Source of the DNA: Styela clava
Lineage: Eukaryota
Reading direction: 5' to 3'
DNA: 64,000 nucleotides
Assembly (NCBI RefSeq): GCF_964204865.1
Contig: NC_135252.1
Span: 10,478,001 to 10,542,000 of the forward strand
How positions within the stretch are numbered: the stretch's first letter is position 1; every line of letters begins with the position of its first letter. This document shows, piece by piece, positions 1 to 11,682 of the stretch. The position numbers and the translations under genes were made by a program. Under the pieces are notes generated by a model. That model ran no database searches. It was not told the origin of the DNA and saw only the letters and a list, made by a program, of their open reading frames with translations.

Positions 1-802
1 TGCTGTTAATGATTTGTTAAACAGGCACAAGTGTAAAAACAGATAATATGAAATGACTCAGTATAATGGAATGAAGTATATAAACAAAAGTAAGGAGACA
101 AAAACTAGTATATATATCGTAATGTTCCATCTTAAATGTTCGAGGCAAAAGTTTGAGTAAATTAAGATTTTATTTGGAAAAGGGCTAATAATTGTGACGA
201 GGATTGTGAGTCAACACAGCCTCAGTTGTAAAAAATTATCTCTTATACAGATATATATTTAATAAAAAAATAATGTACAGATTGTTCAAGTGATTTTATT
301 CCACTCTCATTTAACAATCTTAAATCAAATGTCAACTGAAATATGTAAATAGAAAACTTTATTTTGAAGAGTCAAATCATGAGAGAAATCAAGAATCAAT
401 AATGTTGACATCTTATTAGAAGTGTAAAGCCAACGAGGCGGTTCAATCATATCCACGACGAGATCAGGATCTTATATGAAATTGGGCATATATGTTTCAT
501 TCTTTAAATATCCACCACCTAAGTGTGTGCCCATGACTTCCTATATATAGTTTATATTCCTAAACTAAAAAAATCACACACAAGTCGTAAGCAGACAAAT
601 TAAATTAATGCAAGGAATTTAAGTAACGTTAATCGTTTTTTACAGTGTTTGATGTCTTCTCCTAAATATCTACAATAAGATGAGCTACTGAATTAAATTT
701 AGCAAAATGATATTTGTTCAATTTCATTGCTTCTCCGATAAGAAGTAATATTTCTCTCCAGCTCCAGTTTCAGTTTGTCTAGACCAGAGTCTCTAGCTAG
801 AC

Positions 803-1116
803 CACCGGTTCTCAACCAGTGGGTCATGGCTCACTGCTGGCCACAGAAACATTTTCAAGTCGGCCACAAACCTATTGAAAATTGGAAGAGTCATTGATAA
901 AGTTTGTGTGGTTGTAGTTAAATTTTGCTTGCAGTAGCAAGAAATGCTACTGCTGGTTTTGTTGCAGAGTGGTCATTTTCATTCAAATTATAAAAGTGAA
1001 AGTGTCTATATTGCGGGTAGAATTATTTGTTTTTCTTGTAGTTTTACTCTGGCATGAAAATGAAATTTTTGTGCAATAGAAATAGGCCACCGCGGAAAAA
1101 AGATTGAAAACCACTG
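803..1116. mobile_element. hAT (Charlie-like) non-autonomous MITE
   Basis: Imperfect TIRs CACCGGTTCTCAACC (803) and GATTGAAAACCACTG (ends 1116), flanked by near-identical 8-mers AGCTAGAC/GTCTAGAC that resemble the NTCTAGAN Charlie target preference; no coding capacity. Confidence 0.7.
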
Positions 1117-2965
1117 GTCTAGACTCCGGAGTTCTCTGGTCCCTTATATTTTGTCTCATGATTGCCCACTAACGACTACTAAAGTTCCATTAATTGCAAC
1201 GCCAAATTGTATAAGTTGGATGCGTTATAGATTTTCCAGTCCATTTCGGTTAGCTTTAAATGTCAGGATTTTATTTTGCTCGCTGCTACCGTCGAACTTG
1301 AATAACAAAAGAATTTCGTTGAATATAATGTTGATTGTAGTCCGCGCCATTGTTTGTTGGAAAATGCGAGGTAAATAAATATTTTCTTTTCTGTGTTGAC
1401 ATCGATTCATATTAGGGAGGGAGAAGAATTTCGTTTTGTTTGTATTGAGCTTCTTTATTTACTCAATGACAATAGCAGATGATGGATAGCGAATACATTC
1501 CAAAACTTAAAATTCCTAAATAACCATTGGTTTCTCATTTACCACAAATGAAAGGGATTATGAATATATATAAATATTTGTTTTTTGTGATTCTGCTCTT
1601 TGATCATTTCGGCCGGGGCGTCGAATTTAAGCACTTATTGTATATTACAATTATTATGATCAAGAACGAATAAAATAGTCAGAACGAAAAAAAACTTAGC
1701 ATTTGATAGATTGCGTAGACGAAAATTTCGTCTTGTACTAGCTACTGGCAGAAGGCGTTGGCGCTCTCAGTTTAATTTGTAAACAAAAACCAAATACCGT
1801 TGACGATTCAACGATGTGATGTAATTTATGTGAATAAATGTATCCAGTATTAATTTGAGGCTATAAATTCATAAATTGTGTTTGAAGAGAATATTTACAG
1901 CCAGTAACAACACAATGTATATATATATATTTGTAATCTAGTTGATATTTGCACAATGTAAATCTGCGTTTCGTGGACGTTGAATTTAGATAACGGCATA
2001 TTAAAATTTATATTTTTCCGTTAGGTGAAGAGCTTAACAGAGAATATGACAGAGCTTAATAGAATAAATTACACAATATTTTACTCAACGCAAGACTATA
2101 TGAATAAGCTCATGCAGAGGGAAGAATACATCAGAGAGTTCTGAAGAATTGAAATATTTTTCGTTAGATTAGTTTCTCAATTCCGTATTTAGACATTTGG
2201 TGAAGTGATTGGGCTAGTAACAGATCAAAAATTAACCTAAAATCAACAATCTTGTCTATAGTCGATATGTTAACCATAAAGTTCAAAACATCGCCCCTGA
2301 ACGTCGCATTGTCCAGTGATTTATACCAAGCGGCATAGCACAACCTCAATGGATATCAGACATTCGAATCTTAGTCGATTGTGTATACCTTTCGCTTCTT
2401 ACCAACTGTAAATTTACTTAATATTATTCGAAAACAAGTGTGGTATTTAGTGCACGTCAAAAACCATTGGCGACAGGCTTTAAAAACCGTCCGCTAAAAA
2501 AGTAGTTGATGCATATCGAATCTTCATATATTCCATAGATATAAAGTAGTGCTTCTAAACTACGCTTACGTGAGTTTCTCTATATAGACTTTGGAACTAT
2601 TTATGTGCTGTTCTATTTTCTATTTCGACTTTTTATAAATTCATTTTCATAATCAATTCCCACGAAATACCAATAATGTTTGTTAGCTCTCGTATCACTT
2701 TGATGCTATCTCATTCAAGTATTATTGTGGGAGCGCCACATACGAATCTGAAGTAGAAATAGATAAAGCCCCAGCAGTTCAATACACTATATCCAGTATT
2801 TCAGTATTCCAGTATTTCAAATTCCTGTCACTGTTACTGTTACGTCATAATTGTAATTAAATTTTGATTTTTTGACTAAATTCACTTTTTCGAAAGATAA
2901 TGCGGTATATTTTTTGTTTCAGCTATAGCCTGGATATATATATGTATTAATGGCATTACTTGCAG

Positions 2966-5900
2966 GGAAGCGAAATGGGAAAATCTCATTCAAAAATCTT
3001 GTAAGATCAATTATCAGAGCCAGTCGATGGAAGATATCAATAGTTGGCGCAAAAGATGGAACAAGTTCTGAAGATTTGGCCAACAAAACATGGTTTGAAC
3101 TTTATATGGTATACTTTACGGCAGTTCTGCTTTATTTGCTAAAGCAAGCAAAATATAATTTGGATGACTATTACGTTTCTAGTTTTCTTTCATCAAAAGA
3201 AGGCTTTATAAAAAAATTCATATTCGCCTTTTTCGTTCAAGGTACGAAGACAAAGACACATTGCATTTTAACGTGAACGCTTTCAAAGCAGGAAATTCTA
3301 GTAACGCTGGATTATCAAAAAGAGCAAAATTTATTCTGATGAAAAATGCGTGGGAAAGAACAGAAGAAGAACTCGAACTCATTCATACAGTCGTCGACCA
3401 AATGAAGGTTAGTCAAATTTAGTTTGATTTATGGCGTTGTAAGGTTTTAATGTTTCAAACGTCAAAAACAGGTTTATATTTCAAATTTGGGTGCTCCCGA
3501 AGTATTCGTACCAAGATGGCGCACAACCTGAACATAGTATGTGTACCAGCTTAGGGTTTTCAGGTTGTGCGTCATCTGTATAATTTGAATTATTAATTCT
3601 CGATGATTGCCAGATGTTTCCCTCTTTTCGCTTTTTGCAATGCTTTCCACACACGATATATGAGTAAAATGGTTTCCTTAGCATTAAGGTTCGAAGTTAA
3701 AGTTACTTTATAGACATAATCAGACCTGATGAATTGAAAAGTTTTATGTTCAATATCTACTTTCATCTTGACCAAAGTTCTAATGTATTAAAAAGCAATT
3801 GCAGAGGAATAAGTAAACAAATTTTTCCACATTTGATTGGTACTAAGAAATAAAAATGTTCGTTGCTTTCTCATAGAACTAGTTTGTATTTTCTTCTTTC
3901 AGTGTTTTGAAAAATATCCTCCTATGGTACGGCGAGAGCTTACACGCGTGATGCATTTTGAAACATTTGAAGACGGCCGCGTGATGCTGCAAGAGGGTCA
4001 TCAAGGATTTTCGATGTATTTTATTGTTGCTGGAAGTGTCATTGTTCAGGTAGTACCAAGCTTTTCTGAGCTTTTCTGGGACGAGTTTGATTTGAGAACA
4101 GGCCAGGTTTGAAATTTTGCTTAAATTGGCAACAAGAATGACCTTATCAATGGTCTTTTATTAGAGAAAATCAAATAGGCTGAAAATACATCGTAATCCG
4201 TTTCATTGTTTGGGTTATTCCATTATTCAGTAAATGAATAATTTTGGGGTTTAGGCTTGTATTTTCAAGTCGAGTTGAGTTTCTTAAGCCACTTCTATTT
4301 TGGTGTACATTTGCCACGGTTTCTATTCTTAAATTTTACAAAATTCTTCCAAATCGGAAATTCTAATAAAAAAATTAAGGTGAGCCAAGAAGATGGTCGA
4401 ACACACGAAAAGAGGACGCAGACGGTTGGTGAAATTTCAGCAGGATCTTCATTTGGAGAATTGGCTCTGATTCAAGATTGCACCAGAACAGCAACTATTG
4501 TATGTAAAGGTGAATATATTTTTAATATGGGCATGCCATCAAGCATTTTAAACATCCTCGCTAACACTGAATAATGCTTGTGGAATTGCAATTTTGAATG
4601 TTACATTGGAGAGAACACGGTCATTACTGAAGTGGATCATCACCTTACATAGTTCACATACCATCTGGGTGGTAGCAGCTAAATTCATAGCCATGCATCT
4701 GGGTTTTAAATAAGTAACGTAAATATAGGTTTTTGAATCTTACCAACGAATATTCAAAAAAAAAAACTGTAATCGTACTTGTAATGTGTAATCCTTTCAT
4801 TCAGGAACGTCTCAGTTTCTGAGAGTTGATAAACCTGATTTCGACATGGTTTTAAGACGAAGTTACGAGAAGGAATGGGATGACCGCCTGCAAGTTCTAT
4901 TATCAATTCCATTCTTCAAGTAAATAAATTACTGTTAACTTTCTATTCTAATATCCCATAAATAATTTTACCAGAAAAAAGTTGTATCTTGTATCCGAAT
5001 TCTAACCCTTGGACAATTGAGGATTTTCAACAAATTTCCACTCAGTAACTTCACTAATTTGCAATATTAGCACATTTACAGCCTACATTGATTCTTATTT
5101 TCATTTGCTCAAAATAAATAATAAAATGTGGTTATCGTGTCCTAGATTTTCCTAGCAATCGCCACGTCTCATCCACCCTTTTAAGTTTTATAAAAATGTT
5201 TTTCTCGATAAATCTCGAATTAAGTAAAACAAATTATTTACCAGGCAATGGAACGATTTCGATATGAGAAATTTGAACTTGAACTGTAGAATTGAAGAAT
5301 TTTCGTCAGGTTCTGTTATTGTTGGAAATACGAGTGAAGTTTCAGAAAACGTATACTTCGTCGTGTTTGGAGTTTGCAAATTGATCAGAGTTAGTATATG
5401 ATTCATTATATCATAAGTTAACGATATAGTTTTCAATCTGTTGTGAAACAAAATTTGGCCGTAGCATAAGCTCTCTTACGTCTGAATGCATGCTTATTAC
5501 TAGCGTCGATTGCGGTAAATGTATAAAATAAGCAATTATTGATATCGGTCGAAATAGTATAAAAACATGATATATGTATATATGATTCAAACACTAATGC
5601 ATTTGTAATGGGCATGAAATATTTCATAAATGATTTCGATTGAGTCTGTTGTAAAAGCAGTTAATCTAATAATAAATGTAGCGCACTTACCAATTTATTT
5701 CTAGCAACTGCCTTTATGATCTCGTGAAGATAAAATACCTCGCCATTGGGTTTTTCCAGAAATTATCTTCCGCATCTCTATATTTAAAACCAGTTATGCT
5801 TTATGGCTTCGGGACTCTAATGCGGTTCTTGAAACTCAATATATTTTGATATAATACCAACCTACTGCTAAAAATTAAAATACAAGCTACTTCCACAATT

Positions 5901-8900
5901 GCTCTTCAATGTTTATTATGAAACTAGGTTTTGAGCGGAATAACGGGATAAGGTTTTACATTCTTTGCTTTTCTTAGCTTACTGAACTCATAAACCTATT
6001 ATTTTGTATATTCTTATAATATGACGTTGTAAACATCTCTACCTGATAAAAATAGCATGAAGGAATATTTAGTAATGAATAGAACAATTTTCATGTTTAT
6101 TATTTTGTACATTACTTTTTGTGTCAATTTCGTGATGTACATATAAATTGTTGCTGACTGTAAAGCAGCGGACTGTAAAGTACATTCATTCGAGATATAA
6201 TTGTAAATCCTAGGTAAATTAAATGATAACTTCTTCACAGTATCTTGCTGTTAACGAACGGTAATGAAACTTTGTTTTACTTAATCCTCCATATACATTC
6301 TTTTCCAACCAAAATTTCATGATCCAGCAATTTTTTTGGTAATAACAAGTAATTGGACGAGTCAAAAAGGGTTCGCAATCGATATAATCAGCAGCATTTT
6401 AGCAGAAAGTAATATATGTTTGGTTAAGTTTTTATTTTGACCAGTCTCATAGAACCAGTTAACGGTTTCAACTTTTGATTTATTACCACGCGATTTGCTT
6501 AAAAAAGAAATCTTATATCTACCGCATGCTAGATAAGTGGAAACTAAATTGAGTGGCGCGGTTTTTCGATTTCAAAATAAACGATATAAAGAATTATAGG
6601 ACAATTTTTCTCTCGTTTTCACGATAGCTTTAAAATTGGCGCCAAAGTTAAATCAAATTCATTATTGGTAAAAATGACCTCGTCGCGATCATGCGGTTTT
6701 GTAAACATCAAATTTATTTTATTCAAAACTTTACTTTTTCGGAGGTAAAAAATTGGTTAAACACTAAACTGTATAGTAAGGATTGGTATAAGTAATTAGC
6801 AAATTAAAACAATGGCAAGAGGCAAATATATAACGGACGTAATCTCACTCAGAGTATTTGTGTGTCTGCCATTATAATTCACTACATATAGTTTCTTTGT
6901 ATCTTTTGTACAAATCCTCGGCTAATAATGGAAACTTGTGAGATTTGAGAAAAACACCCCCACCACGTTAAAATAAGAATTAGTAATTATCCAGTTAGGG
7001 TTAAAATTGATACGAAAATTTTAATTTCATTTCGAACCATAACGGGAAAATTACTAATTTCCTTATTCTGAGCGTTGAGGGGGGTGGGTGGGTCTACAAA
7101 AGATCCATTTCTTAGGTCTATGTAACAAAATAATATTCATGTCTCGAACTCTAGTATCTGCTATCCTTTGCAGATATTTACAATTATACCGTATACATAT
7201 GCAATTGGCAGATTACAGCACCAAAATCTGCTTTAAATCAATCTTGCCTGTAGACTTCTTTTTTAATAGGACAAACTTTTGAAGCATGGAGTTCAAATGG
7301 AGCATAGATTTTATATCAATTCTAACTTTCGGACACACATAAACTATTATATTTTTCGCTTAAAGTGACGGCGCTGATATCGCTAATAAATACTTACTTG
7401 AAACAGCTTCGTGATCCGTATATGTAAATCAAAATTGCTTCTATCGTCATAATGAGCATCATATATTTCATCTTAATGTATATTTGGTCAAGATTTTATT
7501 TTCATCAATCTGATAGAAAATTGCTTAATGTTGTTAGATCTTTATTTAGTACGACAAAATTTTCCCCAAAACTATATCTATTGCATAGTCAATAATTGGG
7601 AACCAAATTTAGTGTCACGGTTTTTCTATTTCAAAATAAACTCTAAACTGAATTTTGGGACGAAATATCTCTCGTTTTAAAATTGGCGCCAACGTGAAAT
7701 CAAGTTCAAAATTGGTTAAAGCGAAAAGTTATTTTTGTACGCTTTTACCAAAACATGGTAGTCGAATTGAACATTAGCTAAGCTTATCGCTATACGATAA
7801 CAATCTAACTGTGTCTCAAGTTAATCCTAAACTTAGTAAATCGCGAGTGATAATCAAATAAAATCGGTCATGTTTTATGTTGCGGTGACAAAATGACAAC
7901 AAATTTTAACACGAGATACTGTGACGTCAAACTAGCGAGATCGGGTAGGTTGATAATGTAGTTGTTTCGGGGACTATAAAAAATTATGAATACCAGCAGA
8001 ATGATGCTATAATATGTTTATTTTTGGAAAAAAGTTCACCACGTGTTTACAAATTTAACGCAATATTATCGTGGTAACCATCTCGAGATGCCTTAATTAT
8101 CTCAAGATATATCATTATTTTAAAGAAATTAATTAAAAATTGTCATACTTGAATTAATCATATTCCGAAAAGATATTCTGATGACCATCCGCGGTGGGTA
8201 AAAATACGATGTATGATTTAGAATTTAGATATTAACGTATTACAGCCTTATTAACTTTTTAATGAGTCACGTATTTTCGTGTATAAGAAAACGATCATAA
8301 CACCTATGCATGCATTCAAATATTCACTATATAATAATAATAGGCATCGTCGTCACTTTCATATATAATACGTCCTGTGACTCTGACGAATATTTGCTTC
8401 CTGTTGCCTGTTAAAAGAATTTTACCTATATTCAATAGAAAGCACTTACAGGCTATAACTCTGCTTTCATTGTTTCCTTATTCGGAGCTTTACCATCGTA
8501 AAAGTAGTACATTGTGATAAAATTATTGATTTCCTGTACAATATATTCAATATAAACTCAACTTGAAACTGCATCAGTATTTGAATAAACACTGATATGA
8601 TTAAATGTAAAAAGTATTAACTTTTTCCAAAATGACACATTGCTAATCAAAATTTCAAATTGATTAGGGATCATACGTACACGAAGTATTTAGGGTAAGC
8701 AAAAAATTGAATCTAAAATATATAACTTAATTTTACAGCAAGTCAAAGTACTTCTAACATTTCACGATGGTAAAACTATCATCACATTACCAAACAAATC
8801 TTCCAGACTCAGCAGCAATAATACCAAAGCAAGCTATGAAACCACGAAAATACAAACTAGATTCTTAGAAATAGGTAAGTATGAGAAAATAATATAAAAT

Positions 8901-10344
8901 GTACACTGTACTGTTATACATATCACTACTTGCTATTGCCAATCGGATTTTAAAAACAATTTGTCATAATTTATATGAAGTCTGCAAATAAAAATTGCTA
9001 CTGCTCTTCTACTAATCTGCTACTACCTCTTTTTACTAACTGAAATCACTTATTAGACACGTATGCCCGAGAGGAATAAACTTGCCTAAAAAATACGGAA
9101 TGCTTTACTTTTCAGAACATGAAGTATTCATATGCGTTTCGTTTGGTCAGCCTTTTTTTTGACTTGAATTATAGACATTATTTGCTTATTGGAAGCGTCA
9201 GTGCTAAGCCATATCCGAAGGGTATCGAATTTTGTGACGTAACAATAGCAGTTCAATATAATAAAGAATCTCTAAAATCTTTCATAAATTATAAAAAAAA
9301 AATGAATAAGCCAACATAATATACCCTTTCTTATTATATATAGCTATAAATAAATTTTGTGCATTGATTACTTTACAAGTGTGCCATTTCTACCTACAGG
9401 TCTCATTGAACATGGCGATTATTTTGGTGTTGGAGAAAACATGTCTGGTGCTTATGTAATTGCATCAGGAAGAGTTGAATGCCTTGTGATTCCAAGGCAT
9501 GTTATTTTATCTCTGGAACGCCTAGGTAAATGAATTAAAAAATCACCAATGTATTTGAATTGACCTCATTGTTTTACAAGCTGTTATATATTCTATATTT
9601 AAAGATACTACGAGTGAGAAAGTAATTAGAAAAGTAGGAGCAGTGAAAGAAATGCTCAAACACACTAAGTCAAGAATGCTGTCTGAAGAAGAAGCTTATG
9701 ACAAATGGATGGTAAACTTAGGATGGAAAAATTACAAGAAAAAGGTGGGTGATAGTTCAAATCAAAATTGCATTTTTTCAATTTTGGATCTCAACTCGCT
9801 AGATACTTTACCGTTGAATAATTTAACTGGAAATATATGTATGCTTGAAATGTTGTGCATCAACATCAAATATATTGCAAAAAGTTTTCAAAATATAAAA
9901 GTCAGATGCAAATAGCAATCAATCGAACATGCAAACAAAATCAGTACTATGTTTTGATGGCTTTTATAAGTTACTAAAATAATAAATGTACCTATACATT
10001 TTCACAAATTTATTGAATAATTCTTTTGATGTCTATCACAGCCTTCTTCTGACGACAGAGACCACGACGCGAATGCAGAACATACTTGTTCTAACGTTCA
10101 ATTTATCAATAGCTATCGCCCATACACGTAATCGGCTAACAATGTTATTTTTCTGTATTTATAGATTGCCTCTGAAATATTGTCTTTGCGTGGAATTGAG
10201 TATAAGCGACAAACAGGAAAGCCATCGGGACTTCCGAAATTGCAAGAAAGAAAGAAAATCGAGCCAAACCTTCATCATAAGAGAAATATCGTCTTGAATA
10301 CACAAAAAAAGAAAATGGCTTCAAGCCTTGACGAATTACGGTAG
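2966..10344 (+). CDS. CNBD2: Cyclic nucleotide-binding domain-containing protein 2-like (two cNMP-binding domains); 5' end not resolved
   Basis: Frame-consistent GT-AG exons: 2966-3092, 3242-3407, 3903-4049, 4380-4509, 4805-4919, 5245-5389, 8739-8874, 9400-9525, 9605-9744, 10165-10344 (TAG). The spliced product reads ...ILMKNAWERTEEELELI...CFEKYPPMVRRELTRVMHFETFEDGRVMLQEGHQGFSMYFIVAGSV...GSSFGELALIQDCTRTATIVCK...FLRVDKPDF, a textbook cNMP-binding domain, followed by a second degenerate domain (VYFVVFGVCKL...GDYFGVGE) and a W-x2-Y-K-K-K tail. AATAAA at 10460. CNBD2 orthology is from remembered architecture, not a search. Confidence 0.85.
6420..7720. repeat. Two diverged direct copies (~6420-6672 and ~7483-7720) of a dispersed repeat in the large CNBD2 intron
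   Basis: Shared blocks, e.g. GGTTTTTCGATTTCAAAATAAAC vs GGTTTTTCTATTTCAAAATAAAC and TTTAAAATTGGCGCCAAAGTTAAATCAAATTC vs TTTAAAATTGGCGCCAACGTGAAATCAAGTTC; an inverted partial match lies near 7830-7867. Confidence 0.65.
6955..7086. mobile_element. Short foldback (palindromic) MITE
   Basis: Left arm CACCCCCACCACGTTAAAATAAGAATTAGTAATTATCCAGTTAGGGTT matches the reverse complement of the right arm (CACCCCCCTCAACGCTCAGAATAAGGAAATTAGTAATTTTCCCGTTATGGTT); almost the whole element is one hairpin. Confidence 0.65.
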
Positions 10345-11302
10345 TTCAATACAGCACGAAGTTTACTTAAAGAATTCTTTGTTTTATGTGGTAGTTATTG
10401 TATATATTTATATATACGCCAGTGTTCCATCCCTTTTCCTATGTTTTGAATGTAATATTAATAAAAGTTAATATTTTGCTTTAAATGGTGTAGTTTGTGA
10501 CACCATGCAGATGAAGTCATCGTAATTGCTCATATCTCGAGTGATTTTGAAAAGTGTACTAAGATGTATTATAAATTTTAAACAAGCGTTTGGTTCGGGA
10601 TTGGTCAAAACGTTGTCACAAGTCTTCACTGGAAAACAGAACGATTACTAATAACAAACTTACAAGCAGTCTAGAAATCGGGGTTACATGAGTATTATTC
10701 TCATGGAGTAACATTCCAAAAAAAAAATTAGTGCAACATAGCAAAAATTGAGTGACAAAACTCGTATATATCATAAAGAATTGTTTATAAGCGAAAATTT
10801 GAATTGAAATAGGCTGAAACTACGCTGGAATTTGGATTGCCCCAAAGCCCCTCCTGGGATAACGAAGATAAAATGTTATGTAATACGCCTGGCATATATT
10901 TCATTAATTGAAACATTCTTTTTGAAATATAAAAATGGGTGTCGTAACTATAAGATCCGTTTGTTTTTTGTTTGTAATGCCGTCAACTATGTTGGCTTCT
11001 ATTCTGCAGAATTTCAAGTGGGACTTTATAAATTTTACTATATGCTAAATCTAACGAGGCGCTATATTGAAGGTGTCATACCAATGTTCTAGTGACTGAG
11101 CTTTTTTATCAATCCAAAGAGTTTCTAAGTATACGATAAACGCCCGCTTATGTAAATATATGTTTCGAAGAATGGATGAGGTTATGTTATCTCTCGTGAA
11201 ATCGACAAATCTTTTTGACTAACAAGACAATCTCTCTCTTATGCTTCGATAATCGTTGAAAATACTAACAACGAAAGATTGCCTCAGGGTAATCTATCGC
11301 TT

Positions 11303-11549
11303 TGACGTCATAGCGGCTGCAACGTCATGACAAAAGATAATAAAATATCCAAAGAAGTGCTATTTTTAGACGCGGCGGAATCTATTTTGAGCGTCCAGCC
11401 AAATTTAGATCGCGTTGAATCTAATTTTGTTCACCTCATATCACGTGTCGATCAACATCAATGTCATTTGCCATGTTTTTATTATGAAAATGCGATTATA
11501 AAATGTAAAATGTTGTCTTCTCTCGACCTTAGTAAGAAGTATATAAAAG
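11303..11549 (+). promoter_or_regulatory. Candidate promoter of the Ser-rich gene: full CRE, half CRE, E-box, TATA box
   Basis: TGACGTCA 11303-11310, ACGTCA 11322-11327, CACGTG 11442-11447, TATATAAAAG 11540-11549, ~140 bp upstream of the first in-frame ATG (11683). Motif match only. Confidence 0.5.
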
Positions 11550-11682
11550 TCCCACTCTTGTTGAAACGGGCTTTATTTGCGACAACCCCTTGCGATATTG
11601 GTATCTGTATTCTTTCTAAAGTTGAAGTACATATGTGTATGCTTCTATATTTGAATCAAGGAGTGAAACTTCTCTGGATAGA

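Noticed and set aside
2025-2162. First coding exon of CNBD2 (ATG 2046)
   Set aside because: The frame stops at TGA before a convincing phase-1 donor; cannot be joined to exon 2966 with confidence.
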